A stretch of 32,000 nucleotides of DNA from Bellilinea caldifistulae (GCF_001306055.1 NZ_LGHJ01000010.1:150001-182000); one strand, 5' to 3'. Positions 25,290-31,405 are shown, counted from the first letter of the stretch. Notes: generated by a model not told the origin, from the sequence alone. Numbers and translations are program-made.

Positions 25290-26094
25290 CTCCTCCTAGC
25301 ACTTTTCCAAACCAGCGTCCCGCTGAATGCCTCAAACACAACGCCCCGCCGGGCGTTGTGCGCCCGACCGGGGCGTTCCGTGAGCCGTGCGGTAACACGC
25401 TCACGGTTGAGGCAAGCAGACCGTGACTGCTCACCCCATCCGCGATTGTAGCATGAGATGACAGCCCTCTGCAAGCCTCTCACAAGGAATGTGATTTGCG
25501 GAGGGCTTTGTGTTTGCCGTGCGGTGTTGGCTCAAGGCCTTTCAGGCGGCAGGTGCTTGAGGGCGGGTTCAAGTCCCGCCCGCCTGAACTCCGTTTTTGC
25601 CACGCTAACTTCGGCCGTGTAGGGAGGCGTGGAGCGGGGCTGAGTCATCAGCACCCGGCGGGGCAAGGGACGGGGAGCCCTCGCCTGACGGAGCGGCAGG
25701 TGAGACCATCGGAAGCCTGCCGGGGGACGTGACAGCCGGGAGAGACCGGCAAGCACCTTGACAAGCGACATGGTAATCCTCTGTTTCCAACCGCCATAGA
25801 CGGGCAGGATGATCCCTGATCTTGCGGTGGGTGCAAGTCCCACCCGGTTGGACTGCCAAACCTGTCGGTGTCGTTGCACCATCAACGGACAGGTGCAGCC
25901 CGGCACACCCTAACCAGTGTCGGGAAACAGGCAGGGTGACGGCCCGGAGAGACGGGAATACTTCCCTGCCTGCAATGGTGGGGGGCAGCCCGGAGAGACG
26001 GGCAGAGGGGTTGGGGCTGAATCAGCCCAGCGAAGGCGAGGCAGACCCTCAAAGAGCCGGACTTGCGCGAGGGCAATCCCTCTCACTTGATCAA
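25290..26094 (+). ncRNA. Candidate large (about 0.8 kb) highly structured non-coding RNA, class unknown (GOLLD/ROOL-like context)
   Basis: No credible ORF: only short overlapping Arg/Pro/Gly-rich ORFs in several frames, none with an RBS. Many nested perfect helices are readable by eye. (1) GCCTCAA 25329-35 / TTGAGGC 25407-13 encloses three hairpins (25337-60, 25361-75, 25378-406). (2) A 12-bp helix 25463-74 / 25496-507 encloses TCACA-aggaa-TGTGA. (3) Others: 25541-88, 25600-05/25627-32, 25639-52, 25695-700/25716-21, 25826-44, 25861-66/25888-93, 25928-36/25964-72, 26069-82. The ends are approximate. Confidence 0.6.
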
Positions 26095-26166
26095 GCGGGA
26101 GTAGCTCAACGGTAGAGCGGCGGCGTCATGAGCCGCAGGGTGAGGGTTCAAATCCTACTTCCCGTT
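26095..26166 (+). tRNA. Non-canonical tRNA-like element, anticodon CAT (Met/Ile2 type); possibly a pseudo-tRNA or processing signal
   Basis: Cloverleaf by hand. Acceptor GCGGGAG/TTCCCGT has G1-T72 and G7-T66 wobbles. D arm GCTC-AACGGTA-GAGC. Anticodon stem GCGGC/GCCGC with loop GTCATGA (G at position 32 is unusual). T arm GAGGG-TTCAAAT-CCTAC has an A-A mismatch. No CCA is encoded. Confidence 0.5.
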
Positions 26167-26186
26167 CTGTGAAAACGAGGTTTCTC

Positions 26187-26291
26187 ATGTGTGAGCATCG
26201 AAGGAAAGTTGGCGACAATTACGGACTGACCTGTCTGGACTGCGGCAATGAGATGAGCACGGCTGAAACCCCATTTACTCTTCACCAATAG
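26187..26291 (+). CDS. Small (34 aa) Cys-containing hypothetical peptide (possible half zinc-ribbon)
   Basis: ATG 26187 lies 6 nt after ACGAGG. Translation MCEHRRKVGDNYGLTCLDCGNEMSTAETPFTLHQ. The stop is 3 nt before the TTG start of the next ORF, which has no RBS of its own, suggesting coupling. Too short for a confident call. Confidence 0.3.
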   Translation: MCEHRRKVGDNYGLTCLDCGNEMSTAETPFTLHQ

Positions 26292-26294
26292 GCT

Positions 26295-26612
26295 TTGGAA
26301 TGGGCAGATAAAGCCTATATTGCCCGCAAAAAAGGGCAATGGGAAGCGTCTATTGAACTTGCCAGGCAAGCCCTTCGATACGAAATTGAAGCAGCCGAGA
26401 AACTGCCGCCTGTTGCCGAAAGCGAACCTACCCGCAGTATTCTTTATCGTGGTGCCGCAAGCCTGGCGTATCAGGCAAGAGATTATGAATTGGCTTTGCG
26501 ATTGATAAAAAAGGGTTACACCACTTACACCCCTGAGGAAATTAGAGTTGATTTTAGAGATATTGAACATGCTCGAATCCGTGAGGTGAAAGATGAGAGA
26601 GACCTTTTTTGA
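26295..26612 (+). CDS. Hypothetical helical (TPR-like) protein
   Basis: 105-aa ORF with amphipathic helix-pair composition (AYIARKKGQWEASIELARQAL...AASLAYQARDYELALRLIKKG). The only possible start is TTG 26295; there is no internal Met. Confidence 0.45.
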   Translation: MEWADKAYIARKKGQWEASIELARQALRYEIEAAEKLPPVAESEPTRSILYRGAASLAYQARDYELALRLIKKGYTTYTPEEIRVDFRDIEHARIREVKDERDLF

Positions 26613-26797
26613 TCTGAAAGTCAAAGTGTTTCAAATCAAACTCGGTCATTTCCTTCTTGTTATCTGGAAAACCGATTCCCGCTGGCGTTTTGCTTTCTAC
26701 ATTGGCCACCGCCGGTTTGCCCATTAGAGGTGAGGAAAGAGGCGTGATTTGAAAGGAATTGCCGGCAAATGATTTCACCCTGTTGGTGAAATTCATC

Positions 26798-27325
26798 ATG
26801 TATGCCGTCTTGCGTCTGACGGACAACGGAGTGGCTTTTGCTTACGAGTTGGGCTGTCCCATCCGCAAGTCGGAGTGGGATGTTCTTGTCCAAAAACACA
26901 ACGCCGAAGAACACGCCAATCACGCCTTTGCTGTGCTACTGTTTGCCTACCATGCCCGCAGACGGGGCTGGCGGGTGGAGGTGTGTCCGCCGGTGGACAA
27001 TCCGCTGGTCGAGCCGGATGTGCTGGTCGAGAAGGACGGCGAGCGGATTTATGTCGAGGTGGAGGTTTTACGCCACCCACGCAAACGCAAGGACGGAGCA
27101 GATAACACATGGGTACGCAAGTGGCGCAATCAGCGGAATTTTCAAGGGCGGGTAGCGGTATGCACCCTGACGCCCAAACGGATGCAGGGAATACTCCGCT
27201 ATCTCAAACTGCGCTATCCGGGAGTGGCTACCGAACTGACCACGCTGGCAAAGCAGCCGGACTGCGACCTGTGGCTGGAACGCTGGAACTGGCCAAACGA
27301 GTTTTCGATGCGGGGGTATCGGTAG
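26798..27325 (+). CDS. Hypothetical protein with restriction-endonuclease-like (PD-(D/E)xK-type) motif arrangement
   Basis: EEHANHAF(helix)...RRRGWRVEV...VEPDVLVEKDGERIYVEVEVL follows the E...PD...(D/E)x(K) spacing of Hjc/endonuclease-fold proteins, but reads E-V-E where E-x-K is expected. The ORF is open from TTG 26759, so the start is uncertain. Confidence 0.4.
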   Translation: MYAVLRLTDNGVAFAYELGCPIRKSEWDVLVQKHNAEEHANHAFAVLLFAYHARRRGWRVEVCPPVDNPLVEPDVLVEKDGERIYVEVEVLRHPRKRKDGADNTWVRKWRNQRNFQGRVAVCTLTPKRMQGILRYLKLRYPGVATELTTLAKQPDCDLWLERWNWPNEFSMRGYR

Positions 27326-27329
27326 GGGG

Positions 27330-27370
27330 TTGACAATCCCAATCTTGTGTACTAAACTATAATTACACAA
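27330..27370 (+). promoter_or_regulatory. vapBC promoter with overlapping inverted-repeat operator
   Basis: TTGACA at 27330-27335, a 17-nt spacer, then TAAACT at 27353-27358. The inverted repeat TTGTGTA (27345-51) / TACACAA (27364-70) spans the -10 region. This is the usual arrangement for autoregulated RHH antitoxins. Confidence 0.55.
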
Positions 27371-27389
27371 TAGAAAGGAAAGGTGTGAT

Positions 27390-27674
27390 ATGCTGGTTCG
27401 TACACAAGTATTGTTTGACGAAGATACGCTGCGGAAACTGAAAGCCGCTGCCGAGGAACAGGGGCGCAGTGTTTCCGACCTGGTACGGCAACTGGTGGAA
27501 AGCGGGCTAGAACACCAGCGCCAGCAGGAATTACAGCAGTTTGAAGCATTGCTGGGCAAACTGCGCCAGATTCGGGAAGAAAACGCGGCTAAGTATGGTG
27601 AGGTGGAGACTGACCTGTTGGAGAAAGTGCGCGAAGAACGCAGCCGGGAACTGGGAGAATTGTTATGGGGTTGA
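27390..27674 (+). CDS. vapB: Ribbon-helix-helix antitoxin (VapB/CopG-like)
   Basis: The N-terminus MLVRTQVLFDEDTLRKLKAAAEEQGRSVSDLVRQLVE has the RHH pattern (beta strand, helix, helix). It overlaps the downstream PIN gene by 10 nt. AAAGGAAAGG RBS. Confidence 0.8.
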   Translation: MLVRTQVLFDEDTLRKLKAAAEEQGRSVSDLVRQLVESGLEHQRQQELQQFEALLGKLRQIREENAAKYGEVETDLLEKVREERSRELGELLWG

Positions 27675-28099
27675 TCGTCTTGGATGCCAGTGTGGTTGTG
27701 CCGTTGATGATGCCTCATCCGTTGTCTCAGGCAGCGGAGCGGTGGATTCGCCACTGGAAACGGGAGTATTACCGGTTGGTTTCGCCGTGTTTCATGCCGG
27801 TGGAGGCGGTTTCTGTTTTACGGCAAGTGGTGTACGGCGGAAGATTCAATCCGCAGCAAGCGTTGGAAGCGGTGGACATCCTTATGGCGCTAGGGATTGA
27901 ACTGGTTATGCCGGACGGTGAGGTGTTACAATCCTCGCTGCGCTGGGCGGAGCGGTTAGGACAGAGCAAAGCCTACGATGCCCAGTATGTGGCTCTGGCG
28001 GAGCAGTGCGGAGCGGAGTTGTGGAGCGCAGACCAGCGGCTGGTCAACACCCTGCAAGCACAGGGAGCAGGTTGGGCGCATTGGATTGGGGAGGTGTGA
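27665..28099 (+). CDS. vapC: PIN-domain toxin (VapC-like ribonuclease)
   Basis: LIVLDASVVV (first acidic residue), ...PVEAVSVL, ...AYDAQYVALAE, ...LWSADQRL give the conserved D/E/D/D spacing of PIN domains. The gene is paired with an upstream RHH gene. Confidence 0.82.
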   Translation: MGLIVLDASVVVPLMMPHPLSQAAERWIRHWKREYYRLVSPCFMPVEAVSVLRQVVYGGRFNPQQALEAVDILMALGIELVMPDGEVLQSSLRWAERLGQSKAYDAQYVALAEQCGAELWSADQRLVNTLQAQGAGWAHWIGEV

Positions 28100-28100
28100 G

Positions 28101-28589
28101 GTGGCAGTCGTTACACGCAAAGGTTTGAAACTGGCAGCCCGCAACCTGGCAGCCTTGCCGTTCAGGGTTTTGCTGTTTGCGTTTGAGTGGGTGCTGCGCC
28201 TGACGATCATCGCCGTACTGGTCTTTGTGCTGGCTGTTGGTGGGGTGGGCTGGTACTTCTACACCGTCAAAGCCAATCAGCCGATGCAGATTGACCCCCG
28301 CTTTGCCCGGACACTGCCGCCGGAAGGGATGACCTTTCGGGAGTTCTGGCAAGACCGCTTTGCCGGGTGGGAGAAGATTGACGAACGGGATTACCGCACG
28401 GGAAAATCCAAGAGTAAGTCACATTGTGTAAAAACGGAGTTGGAGGTGTTCCCGCAAGCGCATATTCTTGCGCCTTTCCTGCGGGTGTATTTCGTGCGCA
28501 CCCAGCCCGGAACAGCCGAAGCCGAATCGTGGATTCGGGGGATGAAAGGCATCATTGCGCCGGACGATCTGAATTTTGTAGACGCCTAG
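28101..28589 (+). CDS. Membrane-anchored hypothetical protein
   Basis: GTG 28101 lies 2 nt after the vapC stop and is preceded by GGGGAGGTG. One or two N-terminal hydrophobic helices (LLFAFEWVLRLTIIAVLVFVLAVGGVGWYFY), then a soluble domain of about 110 aa. No family recognised. The 27978 ORF start lies inside vapC and was trimmed. Confidence 0.55.
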   Translation: MAVVTRKGLKLAARNLAALPFRVLLFAFEWVLRLTIIAVLVFVLAVGGVGWYFYTVKANQPMQIDPRFARTLPPEGMTFREFWQDRFAGWEKIDERDYRTGKSKSKSHCVKTELEVFPQAHILAPFLRVYFVRTQPGTAEAESWIRGMKGIIAPDDLNFVDA

Positions 28590-28827
28590 TGGTGGCAGAT
28601 CGAGAACGAGTCCTGGTGGTATTGGGTAACGGCGTTAGGGCGTCCATGCCAGTTACCTCCGCCGCAAAGACCGGCGGCAACTCCCTGACCTTGCAATTTT
28701 GTAAGGAACTGAAAAATACCACTTGCGAACGGAAAAAATAACTTTGTAGAATAATCGGCGAGGAACGGGGCATGCGGCTCCGAGGGCATGAGAAGCCCGA
28801 AACGTGAGAACGCTGTTTGTATTTAAG

Positions 28828-28862
28828 CGGCTCTCCCCAGTCAGGGAGAGCCGTTTTGTGTT
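28828..28862 (+). terminator. Strong intrinsic terminator
   Basis: 10-bp G+C-rich stem CGGCTCTCCC (28828-37) / GGGAGAGCCG (28844-53) with a 6-nt loop, followed by TTTTGTGTT. Confidence 0.8.
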
Positions 28863-28877
28863 AACCGGAGGTGAATC

Positions 28878-29813
28878 GTGGAAATCAAACTGTCAAGCAT
28901 CAAAAAAGCATTAGTTGCCTTGTTTGTGGTGTTTGCGGCAATCGCCGCCGTGCGCTTCGTCCTGCCGATGTTCAACACTGCCCGGGCAGAACCCGAACCG
29001 ACCGCCGTACCGGACGGACGGGAAGCGGCTATCGCCGGTCTCACGGCGTTGTTTTCAACCGATGTGACCACCGGCTACGATGCCTGGCTGCAATCGGTCT
29101 GTGCGATCTCCACCGAAAACGGCTGCGCCTTCGCCGAACTGTTCACCAACTGGGACAGGGTGGTGGTGCAGAAATGCGGTGCGCCGAGCGTGACGCAGGG
29201 CAGAATCACTGCCGCAGCGGTCAAGACCGCTCCCAATTACGCCCTCGTGACCGGACAAGACCCGGAGAAGCGGGGGGTTGACCTGCAATTTACCCTGACC
29301 ATCGAACCCACGATCTTCCGCTACTACACGCTGGAAGAACGCAAGGAGGTCAACAAACGCTGCGTTGCTCCCAACGGCAGCATGGTAGAACTGCCGCCGC
29401 CCATCGAACAGAACTGCAAAGCCCCCAACCGGTATGTCGAGCAGGAGGAAGAAGTCGAGTACTGCGTCCTGCATGAACAGACCTTCTGTGAGCAGGCGAG
29501 GGTGCTGGCTTCGGCAAGCCTGAAAAAATCCAGCCGGGACTGGATTTTGAACGACCTGGCGAACTGGTATCCGGGGGCGACCCTCATCCGTCCCGATTGG
29601 AACTTCCGGTACGGAGCCAATCAGGGCTGTGATGCGTTCAACACTTTCCGCTGGACGCTGGTACAGGAAAAGGTGCAGATTCGTGACCCTGGCTTTTATG
29701 CCATGAGCGTATCGGGAATCACCAGCGGTACGCCGGTATCGCCGTCCCGTTCGTTTCAGATACCGGCAGGCGAGTTTGACGCCTACCTGATGATGACCAC
29801 CATCATCAAGTAA
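28878..29813 (+). CDS. Signal-anchored/secreted Cys-rich hypothetical protein
   Basis: GTG start with GGAGGTG RBS at 28867-28873. N-terminal hydrophobic helix ALVALFVVFAAIAAVRFVL. Eight Cys are spread through the mature part, consistent with four disulfides and an extracytoplasmic location. Confidence 0.65.
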   Translation: MEIKLSSIKKALVALFVVFAAIAAVRFVLPMFNTARAEPEPTAVPDGREAAIAGLTALFSTDVTTGYDAWLQSVCAISTENGCAFAELFTNWDRVVVQKCGAPSVTQGRITAAAVKTAPNYALVTGQDPEKRGVDLQFTLTIEPTIFRYYTLEERKEVNKRCVAPNGSMVELPPPIEQNCKAPNRYVEQEEEVEYCVLHEQTFCEQARVLASASLKKSSRDWILNDLANWYPGATLIRPDWNFRYGANQGCDAFNTFRWTLVQEKVQIRDPGFYAMSVSGITSGTPVSPSRSFQIPAGEFDAYLMMTTIIK

Positions 29814-29824
29814 AAGGGGGGAAG

Positions 29825-30388
29825 ATGAGTCTGGACACCCTGCTCCTGCCTTTCGTGTGGGTCTTGAACGGACTGCTGGCACTGGTCTGGCTGGCGGTGG
29901 ACAACCTGGCGCTGGTGCTGCTCATCCCGGCGCTGGCATGGCTGTACCTGCTGCTCGGTCAGCGGTTGCAGGAAGCCCAAGCCCGCCGGATGCGGCAGGT
30001 GCTGCTGCCCGCCGCTGGTCTGGCACTGGCAGCGGTGTTGTTTGCGCCCAGCCCTGCGCCGTACCTGCTGGCAGGACTGGCAGGAGTGAGCGGTTTTGTG
30101 GTCAAGGTGGACAATTACCGCCCGGACGAATCGGCATGGGAGAGCGTGCAGAACCTCATCCTGTACGCCCTGGTGGGACTGGGCGCACGGGTGTTGTTCT
30201 GGGTGATGGATGCACAACCGGCGGACAACCTGATTGCCGGGGTCAATTATCTGGGTGTACTGGCGTCTTTTGCACTGTGGGGGATGCCGGTGGCGCAAGC
30301 GGGATTGCTCATCAAGAACTTGCTGGCGCACGCCCCAACCGGCGCAGACCCTCGCACGGTCATCGAACGGGCAAGGGAGCGGAGATAG
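29825..30388 (+). CDS. Polytopic membrane protein, unknown function
   Basis: ATG preceded by GGGGGGAAG. About five hydrophobic helices (e.g. LLPFVWVLNGLLALVWLAV, LVLLIPALAWLYLLL, LILYALVGLGARVLFWV, YLGVLASFALWGM). Confidence 0.65.
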   Translation: MSLDTLLLPFVWVLNGLLALVWLAVDNLALVLLIPALAWLYLLLGQRLQEAQARRMRQVLLPAAGLALAAVLFAPSPAPYLLAGLAGVSGFVVKVDNYRPDESAWESVQNLILYALVGLGARVLFWVMDAQPADNLIAGVNYLGVLASFALWGMPVAQAGLLIKNLLAHAPTGADPRTVIERARERR

Positions 30389-30391
30389 GCG

Positions 30392-30775
30392 ATGTTGCGA
30401 ATACTGGATAACGGTATCGAAAGCAAGAACGGACAATTTCACGCCGCCTGGTGTCTGGTGGACGAGGACGGACGGCGGTACTACCGGGTTGCCGTCCTGC
30501 GGGAACGGCTGGAACGGGCGCAGGCAGAAGCGGCGCAGGAACGCCGTACCCGTGAGGAGTTGCAGAAGCGGCTGGAAGAGGCGCAGCAAGCGAAGGAGAA
30601 GCCGAAGAAGAAGAAAGGCGAAGCCAAACGGCAGCCTGAGCGGATTTTGACGCCGGAAGAACTGCCGCAGTTGTGGCGCAAGTTGGTCGAGGAGATGAGT
30701 GGGATGATTTTTTTCCCCCCTGCCCAGGAACACTTCAAGGCGCAGTTGAAGCCGAAGGAATCGGATATTCGCTAA
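30392..30775 (+). CDS. Hypothetical protein with central charged coiled-coil/Lys-rich segment
   Basis: ATG lies 8 nt after GGAG and 3 nt after the upstream stop. The RERLERAQAEAAQERRTREELQKRLEEAQQAKEKPKKKKGEAK segment looks like a charged helix. No family recognised. Confidence 0.55.
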   Translation: MLRILDNGIESKNGQFHAAWCLVDEDGRRYYRVAVLRERLERAQAEAAQERRTREELQKRLEEAQQAKEKPKKKKGEAKRQPERILTPEELPQLWRKLVEEMSGMIFFPPAQEHFKAQLKPKESDIR

Positions 30776-30784
30776 CGGCGCAAA

Positions 30785-30991
30785 GTGCTGGTGCTGTATG
30801 CGGTGGCGTGTGGTGGCGTCAGCAGCCGGATGGAGATTGACCGGGTGGTGAGCGTGGTGGAGGGATTGTCCGAGCGGACGAACTCGATCCGCCGTCCTTT
30901 GGATGAACTGGTGCAGAGCGGGTTGCTGATTTGCCAATCGATTCGCATGACCAGCCCGTACCTGGTCTCCGGGTGGCTCGTTGACAGGTGA
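30785..30991 (+). CDS. Small possible winged-helix DNA-binding protein
   Basis: 68-aa ORF with a GTG start. The pattern ...SSRMEIDRVV..GLSERTNSIRRPLDELVQSGLLI... resembles a wHTH (helix-turn-recognition helix-wing). No clear RBS. Confidence 0.35.
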   Translation: MLVLYAVACGGVSSRMEIDRVVSVVEGLSERTNSIRRPLDELVQSGLLICQSIRMTSPYLVSGWLVDR

Positions 30992-31150
30992 ATACGGCGG
31001 AGTGGCTGCTCTCCACATTCCCGGTGCGCTTACCCGCAGTGTGCCGGGACGGGTGGCGGTTGGCTGCCTTCTCTGTCTGCTCATCCGTGAGGGTGGGCGG
31101 GCAGAGGGCAGCCAGCCCAAAAAACCACTCGAAAAAAAGGAGAGCAGCCA

Positions 31151-31374
31151 TGAAGTACTTGATTCTTGCATTGTTGGCCGGAGCGGGATTGTATCTTGCG
31201 GGGGTGGACTTTGAGACCCTCTTGGGTCTGGACACCGCCGCGGTGGATACCGTCCTGCTGGTCGTAGCGGTGTTGTTCGTTGTGGCGTTCATTGCCCGTC
31301 TATTGTGGACGGCAATGTATATTGGCAGCGGACAATATGCGCTGGACAGACGGCTCGACCAGTGGATCAAGTGA
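31151..31374 (+). CDS. Small two-helix membrane protein
   Basis: AAGGAGAG RBS 6-7 nt upstream of ATG 31151. MKYLILALLAGAGLYLAG and VLLVVAVLFVVAFIARLLW are hydrophobic helices. The same frame is open from GTG 30988 (GTGA overlap with the previous stop), so a longer 128-aa form cannot be excluded. Confidence 0.55.
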
Positions 31375-31405
31375 CCGCCGTATGCGTGTCGAAGCGAGCC
31401 GAACA

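Noticed and set aside
25729-26003. Cobalamin riboswitch, suggested by a B12-box-like AGCCGGGAGAGACCGGC and the GGTGCAAGTCC motif
   Set aside because: The motif occurs three times. The other conserved riboswitch core elements and their order are not present. There is no B12-related gene downstream, and the region is several-fold too long.
25253-26115. Eight overlapping 60-124 aa ORFs on both strands in the ORF-free region
   Set aside because: They mutually overlap in several frames and are Arg/Gly/Pro-rich. None has a Shine-Dalgarno sequence. The region is better explained by RNA secondary structure.
25290-26166. tmRNA, RNase P RNA, group II intron, retron msr/msd or CRISPR array as explanations for the structured region
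   Set aside because: There is no GGGG...G-U acceptor with a tag ORF (tmRNA) and no GAGGAAAGTCC P4 motif (RNase P). No domain V hairpin lies near the 3' end and there is no intron ORF (group II). No reverse transcriptase is nearby (retron). There are no regularly spaced identical repeats with spacers (CRISPR). Only a covariance-model search can finally exclude these.
26554-26826. 90-aa minus-strand ORF filling the 26613-26758 gap
   Set aside because: It is the only ORF covering that gap and its composition is not obviously nonsense. However, it has no RBS at either the TTG or the ATG starts, and it overlaps both flanking + strand ORFs. It is left uncalled and could be revisited with expression data.
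30988-31150. Longer 128-aa form of the last small membrane protein
   Set aside because: The GTGA overlap makes it possible. However, the extra 54 residues are Arg/Cys/Ala/Val-rich with no clear structure, and a strong AAGGAGAG RBS sits right before the internal ATG 31151. The short form was preferred, with the ambiguity stated.
29783-31171. 462-aa minus-strand ORF, plus the 29055-29882 (275 aa) and 27068-27754 (228 aa) minus-strand ORFs
   Set aside because: Their composition is Arg/Gln/His/Pro-rich and low-complexity, as expected for the antisense frame of G+C-rich coding DNA. They have no RBS. They are completely covered by + strand ORFs that have strong RBSs, tight spacing and sensible hydrophobic or helical patterns.
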